Below are positions 26,694-38,369 of a stretch of 64,000 bases of DNA, in pieces (within the stretch, counting starts at the first letter, position 1; each line of letters begins with the position of its first letter). The DNA lies in contig NC_045696.1 of the NCBI RefSeq assembly GCF_009834535.1, forward strand, positions 48,362,001 through 48,426,000, written 5' to 3'. The position numbers and the translations under genes are program-made. Under the pieces are notes generated by a model, which worked only from the letters and a program-made list of their open reading frames with translations, ran no database searches and had not been told where the DNA came from. This DNA is from Camelus ferus (Eukaryota).

Positions 26694-27640
26694 CCAGTCT
26701 ATGGTATTTTTGTTATAGCAGCCTGAATGAGCTAAGAAACTGATAGCAAAAGTGGGGACATTACTATAACAAATGCTGTGAAAAGAGGTTTTTGGAACTG
26801 GGTAAAGGGCAGAGGCTGGAAGAGTTTTGAAGTGAGTGCTAGAAAAAGTCCACATTGCATGGAATCAATCATTAAGGGCAATTTTGGTGAGATCTCAGAA
26901 AGAAAAGAGTAGAGCTATGAAGAAAGTCTCAATTTTCTTAGAGAATAGCCAAGTAATTCGGAAAATCATGTTGGTAGAAATATGATGGGTAAAGGTCATT
27001 TTGATGAGATCTCAGATAGAAATGAGGAACATGTTATTGGAAACTGGGAGAAAGGCCATCCTTGTTACAAAGTGGCAATTGGCTGAATTGTGTTCCCGTT
27101 CTAATGCTTTTGTGAGACAGAACTTATGAATGACAAAATAGGGTATTTAGCTAAAGCTATTTCTAAGCAAATTGTTGAAAGTGTGTCTTGACTCCACCTG
27201 GTTGCTTATAGTACGACATGAGCAGAGAAAAATAACTTATAGACAGAATTGTTAAGCAAAAAAGGAAGCAGAACTTAAGGATTTGGAAAATTCTTAGCCT
27301 ATCCGTATTATAAAAAATTAGAATGCTTTGAGTGTGGCCAGGTGGCTACTTGATAAGAAGATTAGTGCAGATCAACCATCTCAACAGAAGCCAGGAGCTG
27401 ATCTCCAATACAATGGAAAAATTCCCCCACAGGTGACTTAGAGATCGCCAGAGCTACCACTCCTGTTACAGACTCAGAGTGCAGGGGCCCAGGAGGACAG
27501 AGCAGTTTCAAAGGAGGGTTTGTGGGCCTCTGTGTGACCTAGGTTTGCACTGCCTGGTATCACCTAAGTCATAAGTTTTCCTACACTCCAGTGCTGTGCT
27601 CAGCTGCCCCAGGTTTGACTCCGGCCCCAGTGTAGCATGT
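26694..27640 (+). mobile_element. MLT1A LTR 3' end (26694-26739) followed by MaLR internal sequence
   Basis: LTR end 'ttgttatagcagcctgaatgagctaaga', then 'ttggaactgggtaaagggcagaggctggaagagttttg' and 'gaggaacatgttattggaaactgggagaaaggccatccttgttacaaagtggca', typical of MLT1-int. Confidence 0.9.
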
Positions 27641-28699
27641 TTAAAATTTATGTGTGTTTGTGTGTATGTATATATATTTAAAAAAATATATATATATATA
27701 ATACATACACTCCATAGTTCCATAACTAAGTTTTTTTAGGACTTACACTTATGTATATCTACACACAATATGTATGTTTATAAATATATGTGTACATACA
27801 AAATAAGCATACACACCACACATACCATACAAGCACACATGCACACATGCATGTATAGAAAAGTTTTTAAATTTACCTTCTGTCATTTAAAGGATTTTAT
27901 ACTAGGCACTACTGTGATTTGTAAATATATAAATTATTTTTTATTCTTATAAAAATGTTCATCTAAAGACAGCATTCAAAGCTTTTAACATGAAGAGGCA
28001 GCCTATCTCCTGTTTTCTCCTAAGTGAAAATGTGTTTCTGTTTTCCAGTTACTGATTTTGTGAGATGATGGCATGATTGCCAGCTATGACCCAGCAGCTT
28101 CCTTGAGTGATGACCGTCTCTTACAATTCTTTTGGTGCTTGTTGAAATAATACAGTATATTGCTATTCTTCTGTGTGTAAGTTTTGTCTTTCAAGCAGAT
28201 TCTACATTTCTTGGTGATGAATCCTCTCGTTTCTCACCAAGAGACTTTTATGGGAACTAGCTCATTGTCTCCATTGGGTGATGTTTTGGGTAAGAACAGA
28301 AGTCCACAGAACTTGGTAAAGTAAGTCGTTGGTTTATTTTAATATTATATCTCACAGAAACTAAGGACAGGAAATACAGCCAGAACTCATTAGAAAAAAA
28401 ATTCTTAAACTGTAGAGTCTATGTAAATGATATTGAATGAGACTTTTTCTGATATTCTGAAATTGCAGTTAAAGCTAATTGTAAATTAAGCTTACACCAG
28501 ACTCTTGTGCTTTATAGTCTAAAGAGAATTCCAGTAAGCAACCCACAATGGTGGCCAGATTTCTCTTCACAGAGCTTACCAGGGATTACCACTCCCTTCA
28601 TAGTGAATAGAAAGAGAAACCTGAGGGTAGATGGAAGAGTCAGAGAGAGAGTCTTGGCACTACACTTGGGCAGAGTGTACCAAAAATGGTGAAGCTGCT

Positions 28700-29670
28700 C
28701 AGTATCCTCCCCACCCTTGCCTACATCTCTCCCTTTTTCTCAACCAAGGAAGAGAGAAAGAGCTACTTACCACTACAAAATCCAAGCTGGAGTGATGGTC
28801 CAAGAGAATCACTAGGGGAGATTGGGAATACCTGTAAGAAATAGAATTGGGCATCTCATGCCCTTTAATTTCTGCAATTTCAGTCAAATTGCAGAAATTA
28901 AAGTCCCATTGTTGTGATCATGAGAGAAGAGAGGAATGAGGAAGCTCTTGGCAGACCGTGATTTATATCCTCTGAATTTGGGGTGTTGTGCATTTATTGT
29001 CTACAGGTTTTGGCAGGCTGAGGGTCATCTGGAGTGCCCCATACTATTAGGACTTGGAGAAAGCGTGATGAAATGTATTTGGAAGAGGATGGAGACATCC
29101 TCTGTTTCACCCTTGTTGTCTTTTACCCTCAAATGGTCAGAGAGCAAATCTCAGCAGTTACTAGATGTTAGATTGAAGGAAAAAGGGAATTAGTGAAGTG
29201 GCAGAAGACAGAGCTGACCAGACAGCCCCAAGACAAAACAATGGGATACATATTATTAAGCAAAAGGATCAGAAACTGAACTTTCAGCAAGATCACATAG
29301 GGACAAAGCTGCCTGTGACTGAGGAGATGATCAACAGGGGGAGGTTCTAGGATCAAGGTGATGCCCATCTAAGAAAATCACACTTATCTCCTCAGGGACA
29401 TTCAGCCTCAGATAGAATCAGACTGAACCAAAATATCTAGGGATATTTATCACTAGAGATAACCTTGCCAAGTTAAGTTGGGGCACATTTTCTCATTTTC
29501 ATGTCTTTCCTCTCCCCCCACAAGCTATTAAAGGAGCAAATGACTATCAAATGTGAATAGGAGTGGGGCAGGGTGGGAGTGCTTTGAATCACATATGTGA
29601 CTGGAGTATTAAACTAGACTGAATTAAATTTTAATAACTAATAGTGACCAGGGCATCTTTGTAAGGCAAA
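28700..29670 (+). mobile_element. Possible ancient LTR (MamGyp/LTR85-88-like)
   Basis: Purine-rich block ending 'aaactagactgaattaaattttaataactaatagtgacc', reminiscent of Gypsy-like mammalian LTRs. Recall only; boundaries uncertain. Confidence 0.3.
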
Positions 29671-31559
29671 TTTAAAGGATTTAATAGAATACATTTGAAA
29701 GGAATAATTAAAAAATAAAACCAACTGATGTTAATAAAATCTAGTCTTATTAAAGTCGGTGTTTACTTCTCTCATGAGGTATTTATTTTTTGCCTCTTTC
29801 AGTCACAGATGTGGTACAGACTCTCCCATTCTCTTTCTTGACTTTTATCTCCTCTCTATCTACATGAGTTTGTCCTGCTTGAGCATAACTTCACATGGCC
29901 CCAAGGTTGTATGACCCCAGGGCAAATCACCATCTGATAAAGTGTCTTCTAATATGCACTTTCAATGAAGATATTTAGCTTGCTTAACTAATCTAGCATA
30001 TTGATTTTTCTTACGTGTATCATTGGCCTAATTAGCTTTGTCTGTGATGTGGGCATATGGAACAAATGACAACAAAAACGGGGGGTTGTTGTAAATTTTC
30101 TTAGAAAGGGGCCATGGCAAGTAGGGAGTTGTTACTCAGAGTATGTGTTCACTTAACATTTTGTCCACTGTGGTACCTTTTGGATGAGTCAATTTCTTGA
30201 ACATATATCTGTAACTTTCTCAAATCACAAGGTGACTTTCTGGTATTATGTCAAGGTGAATCATAATAGATCTGTTTACCTCCCTTTTGCTTGTGAACAA
30301 AGAGGAACTTTTGTTAAGCAGGTTAGATATGACATCTGTTCTTGATCAGGAGGAAGAAATGAAACAAGCAGGATAATCTTCCTTCATATTACTTGCTCTC
30401 GATTAAGCAAAGAGCTTCAGGTAAATGAAAAGTGCAATTGCGTTAGTAATGTACTTGTTCTTCAAAGTGGAATATAAGAAATTATGTATACAGGTGAATA
30501 TCACTCGTAGAGAAGCACTGAACTTCATGGGTTCAGATGGGCTTGCAACTCCTGTATTGCAGTATTCCGAATGATATCTCACTCACATCATGTCCTTGAA
30601 AGCAGCTGAGGCTTTTGCAATTGATATGCAACTGAGGAGACACACACATGAGCTGGACACTGTATTTCCTTGTTCCTTGGCAACAGTTTCTTTTTCCTCT
30701 TAGCAACAGTAGAGAGAAGAGCTTTTTGAAAACAAAAAATCATAGAACAGAAAAAGTCAAAAGCCTTTCAAATTTCCTTTGGCTGGAGGGCACATTAAAA
30801 GGAACTGGATTCGGCTATGGCTAAATGAAATATATTTGTTATCTAGTTATGATTATGTTCCTATTGAAATGTAACCAGAAGTTTTAATATCATAGTCACC
30901 TAACTGTTTCACTCCTATACCACAGTTATTATAAAACACAGCCCTTTTAGCCAATTTATATTCATGTCAGTTTCCTTAGTATGTGTGACTCACACTGAAA
31001 AGAAACATATCAGGGAAAGCAATCATTTTCAGGTAACATCTTATTATTGATTAACCAACCACTGCCTGGATTTTGCATTTGATTAAGTTTTTAGAAAGAC
31101 TGAAGTTGTGGATGGACAAGAGAAAGAGAGAAAAGCTGATTTGGGTAGAATCTTTGACTTAAAAGAAATTGCTCGTCTTCCTCTCTTTGTCTTGTGGAAA
31201 TGATGATTATTTTTAAAGCAAGAAAGATACTTTTAGTAAACATATTTAGATACTGAGAATCCTGAATTTGTTGTTTTTTTTTTTAATAGCAGCTTGTGCC
31301 ATTTCATTAGTATGCTAGTTTACCCTCCAAAAAAGAAATCTTATTAGAAGGAATCCCAGATCTCAGGTGGTCTTGTTTGGGAGGAAACAGTCATTGCCTT
31401 TATGAATGAGAGTGGCCACTGGGACTGTGCAGTGTTCCAGCAGTCTTTGCAGACAGTGAGGCTCTGCTGCTAAAATGAAGCCCCAAGTCACTCTTACTGT
31501 TTATATTTGTTTTTCATAGGGAAATGTACAGATCTGAGCGTATATTTCCATGGGCTTTG

Positions 31560-32815
31560 GTCAGTATGTTCCCTGCATAATCATTATCTCAATTATTATA
31601 TAAAACATTTTTAATACCCCAAAAGATCCCTCATGCTTCCTAGTCAATCCATACTGCTACTCACACCATCAGAGTCATGACATTTACAACCACAAATTAG
31701 TTTTTCCTAGTGACATAAATAAAAATGAAATCATACCATATGGTTCTTTTTGTCTGGCTTTCTTCACTCAGCAAGATGTTGTTTTGTTTTGTTTTGTTTT
31801 GTTTTCCCATTCATCCATGTTGTTGTATGTACCAATAGCCTTTTTTATTGCTGAATAATATTCCATACCACAGTTTGTTTATTGATTATTCTGTTGATAG
31901 ACATTGAGATTATTTCCAGTTTGGGACTATTATGAGTAAAATTTCAATGGGCATTTATGTACAAATCTTTTTATGGACATAGGTTACAAGATCTCTTGGG
32001 CAAATACTTAAAAGTAGAACTGTGAGTCATTATAACAAGTGTATGCTTGCTTTTATAAGAAGCTACTGAATAGCTTTCAAAGTGGTCACATCATCTTACA
32101 TTTCCACGAGCAGTGTATGAGAGTTCAGCTAGACCATTGCCAATACTTCATGTTGTCAGCTTAAAAAAATAATGATTCTAATGTGTGTGAAATGGTATCA
32201 TATTGTGATTTTAATTTTCACTTTGCTGATGACTATGATCTTAAGCATCATATGTCTTCTTTTGTGAAGAGACTTCTCAATGCTTTTGTCCACTTTTTAT
32301 TGAATCGTCTGTCTTTTAGGCATTGATTTGCAGGAGTCCATTTTATATGTTCCGAGTACATGTGCTTTTTAAGACACAGCCACCTGTCGCCCTGTGCCCC
32401 AAACATATTTTTCTCGTAGTCTGTTTCTTGCTTTTTCATTTTGTTAACAGTGACCACTGATAAGGAAGAGGTTTTCATTTTAATGAAGGCCAGTATAACA
32501 TTTTTTCTTTTATTTTGGTGTTTTTTGTCCTCTCTGAGAAATCTTTACCAATTTATATTTTCTTCTAGAAATTTTTTTTTTTAGTTTTTCTTTTATGTTT
32601 AGGTCTATGGGCCAACTTGAAATTATTTTTTAGTGTGTGTGATGTGAGGTGGAGTTTGAGATTTCTTTTTATTTTCATGAATTTATCAAGTTGTTCTTGC
32701 AAAATTTGGCAAATAGACTTGCTGTGCTGAACTGCCTTGGAGCTTTTGTTGAAAATTGGTTGTACATAAACATGTGGATCTATTTCTGCATTCTATTATA
32801 TTCCTTGTTTCTATT
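31560..32815 (-). mobile_element. Old L1 (L1MC-ME-like) 3' UTR and ORF2 end
   Basis: 'tgtctggctttcttcactcagcaagatg', 'tttccagtttgggactattatg' and the ORF2-like peptide 32248-32478 (KKWTKALRSLFTKEDI). Confidence 0.85.
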
Positions 32816-33017
32816 TACATAGTAAAAAGATGACTTTTTCATTACATAATTTGAGTTATGTGCTATTTATACATGTGCTTTATATATGTGTATGTGTACA
32901 CACACAAGTACATGTACCTTGACAATGCCCATTTTTTTCAGCTTTTCAAATGGCTTAGTCTCCATCCAGGCCATTGCATATTCTGTAAAAATCACCATCA
33001 CCTCTTCTTCTTAAAAG

Positions 33018-33200
33018 ACAGTACAGTATGGTAGAAGACTGTGGACTCCAGGGCCAGACTTCTCAGTTCAGATACTAATTCTTCTCCTTACTGGCACTGT
33101 GCCTCAGTTTCCTCTCTTTTAAAATGGAGATAATAATAATATCTTTAGGGTTAGTATAAAGATTGAATGAGTTAAACTATTTAAAACATGTAAAACAAAT
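33018..33200 (+). mobile_element. MIR SINE
   Basis: 'ctgtgcctcagtttcctctcttttaaaatggagataataata'. Confidence 0.85.
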
Positions 33201-34350
33201 TGTACCACATTTTGGACACTATGTATACATATACATATATATTAACTACACCATATTATATTTCCAGAGTCTGCTCCAGTAACACCTCCGCTAGGAAGCT
33301 TTGTTAGTGCTTCCTATCTGGATAGTTAGGGTAATTAGAGTCACCTCCAAAGTTTGCACATGGTTCTCCCTTTCTACCTCTAATACGGTGGAATACATCT
33401 ACTGCTTCCCCTAATATAAAAGAAATACAATAATACAAAACCCTGAGACATAGCTCAGCAGCACGAGTGAAGCAGATGTACAATTCAGTGTTTGAATCTC
33501 AGCAGGAGGTATAGCTTTTGCTTCATCTCTGCCTCCAGCCTCCTCATACTGGCATCACCTTTTATTAGTGTGTACGTGAGAAAAATCTCTGCTCCCTCGC
33601 TGCTTCCCCCTTCTATTATTCTCTTTTTTTTCCCCCTCCTCAGGCATACAAAAAGGAACAGTTACTAAGATTATTGATCAGACACACAAAAAATTGGGCC
33701 GCTTTCATTAATGAGCGGGCTCACGTTGCATCCAAGCTCACTGCATGGGCACCCACTCTTCTACTCTGGGCAGTGGTGAACCTTTATGGTTCTCTGAGGA
33801 CCCTTCATTCATCTTGCTCTCCACTCTTTCTTCCAACTGATTAGAAGCACATTCATGAATATTTTCATTTCCTCTACTATAAATTCAGTCCAAGATTGGC
33901 AAAATGCCAGAATTTTAGTTTTGTATATTTAGTTTTGTGTGTTTCTTGGACGTTTATGCTCAGCTATGTTTCCTAACTCAGCTTCTCCAGGTCTGTGCTT
34001 TGAGCATCTCAAGCAAAATACTAATAAATATCAAATGGACATTTTCTCCCATTTATACTTATTTCTTGTATGTAGAATGGGTCTTATAGCAGATTTATAA
34101 GGAAGGTGCCTTGTCAAGACAGGATTAGTGTATTCTTGGATTTCTTTAGGAAATTGAGATGAGGCTTGATTATAATTACTGATCTAGAATTTGTTTTATT
34201 CCCAGCTTTTATTATTTATTTATTGCCATTTTCTTTCTGTATCAAAAAAACTTTTTCACATGCTATACTAATGTGGTCTATAAAATTGGAGTATAACCAA
34301 CAGTGAGGGTCAGAAATACTAGTGTTAACTGCCTGCCTCCATTCCTTGAC

Positions 34351-34790
34351 TTCTCTTTTATTAATTTTTATTTTTATACAGTTTTAAAGGTTACTTTCCG
34401 TTTACAAGTTTTGTATTCCAACAGTACATTAAAAGGATCATACGTCATGATCAAGTCAGATTTATCACAGGGATGCAAGGATTTTCAATATCTGCAAATC
34501 AATCAATGTGATACACCACATTAACAAATCAAACAATAAAAAACCATATGATTGTCTCAATAGATGCAGGAAAAGGATTTGATAAAGTTCAACATCCATT
34601 TATGGTACAAATTCTCCAGAAAGTGGGCACAGAGGGAACATTCCTCAACATAATAAAGGCCATATAAGACAGACCCACAGCTAACATCATACTCAGTGGT
34701 GAAAAACTGAAAGCATTTCCCCTAAGATCAGGAACAAGCCATGCATGACCACTCTTGCTACTTAAATTCAACATAGTTTTGGAAGTTCTG
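34351..34790. mobile_element. L1 with inversion: minus-strand 3' tail (34351-34410) joined to a plus-strand ORF2 RT piece (34413-34790)
   Basis: Tail 'tttttatacagttttaaaggttactttccgtttaca'. The ORF2 piece encodes [32 protein letters not shown] and ANIILSGEKLKAFPLRSG. Confidence 0.8.
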
Positions 34791-35449
34791 TAATGTGAAG
34801 GAATGAAAGGCACCCTGGAATCCTGTCTTATAATTGTCTGTCATTGTGTTAAGTGCTGTAACGACTCGTGTACAAATGTTTTTGATTGAAAATTTTTACT
34901 TCCAGAATTAGATAAATATCTAAGCAACACTGTTGATAGTGCTGAGTCTCAGTTCCATCGTCTAGTCACCCTCACAGTAACATATCTGGTGGGGTGTGTG
35001 GTGGGTTGCCCTAGTCTCTCAATCTCATGGCTTCTTTTGCGTCCTCCCAGAACCACTATCTCCTCTGCACCTGCACCAGTATTCCCATGACTACTACGCT
35101 TTGGACTCTCTGAGATGGAACAGTCCTCAGTGATGAATGTGCCCTCTGGACTCAGGGCCCATGGCCTGTTAATCTCATTATACACAGATTCGGCCTCTCA
35201 ACCACCCTCTAAGAGTCAATGGAATAGTAACCTCAAAGCCAGAGCCACACAGTCAATTTAGAGAGAAAGGGTCCCTTCCAGAGAGGACAGAGTATCCCCA
35301 TCCACCAGAGCACCCACATCCTCAAAACTGAGATCCACCTTGGCTGTAACAAACTTGTAATCATTTCCCATTAAACAGGAATAGCCCAGGCTATTTCGGC
35401 AGCTTGTCAGGAACCTCTCTGTCCTGGCTAATCCATCAGTCTTTACCCT

Positions 35450-37020
35450 CATCCAATTTATATCTTTTCTCTGGAAAACTCACTCACCACTTCTTCCAAA
35501 TTTTTTTCCCCAAACTTATGACCCCAGATTCCATGCTTTGTATTTTACAGTCTCCTTTACATCCTTAATCATCAAAGTGGCTGATGTTCACAAGCTACTT
35601 GGTCTCACATTGTTATTCTTTAATTTCATTCTTGAGGATTTTGACACTGGGATCTTCTTCCTCCCATTATTAGCCAATTTTGCTATCATCCTGGGCAATT
35701 TTAATGTTTGTGTGAAAGACCTGTCTAAGATCCTAACCTCTCAATTTCTTGACCTCCTTTTTCTCATTACTTACACTTCACTTGGATTTGTACGCCCACA
35801 GCCACTGTCAGATGGAACGGTTCTCAATGACAAAAGCTCCTATACTTGCAGTCTAATTCAGTCATGCTCTTTTTACATATTTAAGATAAATAGGAAGGAG
35901 GTGAGAAAAAGGTAAGTAAAGAACACGGAGATTAGGAGTTTTAATGAAGTCAGCTTTCATGGTTTAGTATCACTTAGACTGTATCATAGACTTAGGTAAA
36001 TATATGTTCAAATATATTTTACCAGAGTGTCACACTGCTATAAGACATTTTTGAATCCTCACTCTCTTCTCTCCCTCTCTCTCTCTATATATAATACACA
36101 CACATGTAAATATATAAAATGTAATAATGTAGTAATAGATTAGTTTTAATTTATGTTATTAAGTAATTAAGTATATTAAAGAATTATTAAAATTATTTTT
36201 AATTAATTGGAACACTGATAAAATTTACAAAATAAAAATAAAGATAAAATGTACAAAATAAAAGTAGAAATTTTAAAATTTTCTTGTGATACCACAGTAA
36301 ATCAACCCCTACTTTGGAGACAGTGCTCTATTTCTTGGCCCCATTTTCCTTACATAGAAACCTCTGATTTTGAATCAGACCACCTGCTTATCTTCTCTGC
36401 ACCCCTCTCCGAGTAAGAACCACAAACGCAAGTCTTGCTCTTCATGATAAATACATGTTCTCCAGTTTAACTGAGTGCTCAGTACCAACAATTAATCTGT
36501 TTATGTTCTATTAGCTTTCTCTCATTTCACACAGCTGGCAACTTGATTCTTTTCTACTCTCTGAGTGCTAACCTTTCTGTCTACCCACCTTTATTCTCAT
36601 TAAATGACTTTATCTGAGCTTTCAGTCTCACTTGATGACTATATACTTCACAGAGTGTATAGAAAACAAATAAATCTCTCATCTTTCTGCCACCTTATCC
36701 ACAACATATCTCTGCATGCATGCATTTCTTTCTCTTTATAAAATTTCATTTCATGCAGGTTGTCCCAGAATAATTATTAATAGTGTTTCTTTACATTATT
36801 GAAATGTTACCCTAATTATATTGGAAGCTGCCTTCCCTTCTACTTCTAACTAAATATCAGGATATTACCAGCTTTGTTTAATCTGTTGATTTGTATCTTC
36901 AACATTTGATTATCCTCTGGTTTTCTTCCGTCAGTATTAATGCTTTTCCCGTAATAAAAATTAAAACTCTTTACTCCATGGTTTTCTTAGTTCTTCTCTT
37001 TATCAGCCCACACTTCTTGA
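35450..37020 (+). mobile_element. L2 LINE ORF2 relic including the endonuclease region, interrupted at about 35815-36330
   Basis: AIILGNFNVCVKDLSKILTSQFLDLL matches the L2 APE motif (ILGDFNIHVD..NTLASQFLDLL). A pyrimidine-rich L2-like body resumes after 36340. Confidence 0.7.
35816..36326. mobile_element. Possible hAT-Charlie-type non-autonomous element inside L2
   Basis: Ends 'aacggttctcaa' and 'ctttggagacagtg' resemble decayed hAT terminal inverted repeats, around an AT-rich interior. Confidence 0.3.
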
Positions 37021-37152
37021 AAAATTCTCTGATTAAATATAAACTACTTACAGTAATATGTAATATGTAATGTAATATAATATGTAAACTATTTGAAAAA
37101 GCTTTCCTGATTCTACACATAGAGTTTGTACATCCTTCCTATGTACTTTTCC

Positions 37153-37660
37153 TATAATAGTTTTTCCAGAGAAAAAGAGACATTAGGAAATACTTATTTA
37201 TTCATTCATTTATTCACTTATTTATATAAAATAAGGCATTGACTCATGCAGTTATGGAGGCTGAGAAGTTCCAAGATCTGCAGGAGGCAACCTGGACAGC
37301 TAGGAAAGGTGATGCTACAATTCTAGTCTGAGTCTGAAACCTGGAGGATCAGGAGAGTCAACAGTATAAGTTCCAATCCAAGTCCAACTCTGAAGGCAGA
37401 AGAAGACTGATGTCCCACCTTGAAGATAGTCATGCAGAGAGCGTTAATTCTCCCTTAGCATCTTTGCCCTATTCAGCCTTCCATGGATCAGATGAGGCTT
37501 GTTCACAGTGGGGAGGTAATCTGCTTTCCTCAGTCTGCTGATTCAAATATTTGTCAGTCTCATCCAGCAAATCCTCATAGACACATTCAGAATAATGTTT
37601 AACCAAACATCTGGGCAACCCATGGCCTATTAAATTAAACATGTAAGATTAACCATCACA
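37153..37660 (-). repeat. 3' LTR (MLT2) of the provirus
   Basis: Ends 'aagattaaccatcaca' and abuts the polypurine tract (minus strand 'aagttgacaagggatagact', 37661-37680). Confidence 0.9.
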
Positions 37661-38104
37661 AGTCTATCCCTTGTCAACTTGGCACCCTTATGAATCTCCT
37701 TTAATTATACTTAATTTCCAAATAGAGAAAATAACAAGCCCACAATTTCACCTAACATGATACAACTATGCTACATGCAGCCAAAAATGTACTAACCCCT
37801 TCCCCAGAAGAGTAATGTTTACGCTTTTGCTTGGTATCTCATAACTTAACTACTGTGATGTAAAATTAACAGGACTTAAATACTATGATATAAAGTCAGT
37901 ACATCTTATGTTATATGTTTTAATTACCTTCTTCCACTACCCATTATGTACCCTTTTGCTTCAGCAGGCACCTTCAGTGTTTGTGGTTCTTTACCTGGTA
38001 GAGTGGGCAGTTAGCAGTCCTGTCTGCGTTGGATTATTATTGTTTTACGCTGACCTTAATCCCCGGTCATGGTAATGCTAAGAGATGCTCTATGAGCTCT
38101 CCTA

Positions 38105-38365
38105 TATTCAGTATTCTTTACTTCCATTGTAGAGTAACAGTCCAATTTCCCCTTTGTAGTCAGAACCAATCACTCCAGTCAACGGAGTAACAACCTTCTT
38201 TGTCTGTTGATTCAGAGGCATCGGGGTCCAAAGTGTCTAGGTAGCCTTAACTTCTAGTTCAATGGAATCATTGTTTTATTTCCTGGTAGAAATGTTCCTC
38301 CTTTTGGAACTAATACCTCCAGGTCAGCAGAGCATAAGGTTACAGTAAGAGGAAGCAAAAATTTT
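38105..38365 (-). pseudogene. ERV-L dUTPase relic
   Basis: Minus-strand translation TLCSADLEVLVPKGGTFLPGNKTMIPLN*KLRLP...GVIGSDYKGEIGLLLYNG includes dUTPase motif 3 (GVIDxDYxGEI). It lies downstream of integrase, as in ERV-L. Confidence 0.9.
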
Positions 38366-38369
38366 GCTG

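Noticed and set aside
28030..28185. Acceptor-like 'tttctgttttccag' with a downstream 'gtaag'
   Set aside because: Stops occur in all three frames right after the acceptor, and there is no other support for an exon.
30494..30574. Short frame VNITRREALNFMGSDGLATPVLQYSE* after an AG
   Set aside because: Weak polypyrimidine tract, only 26 codons and no recognisable homology.
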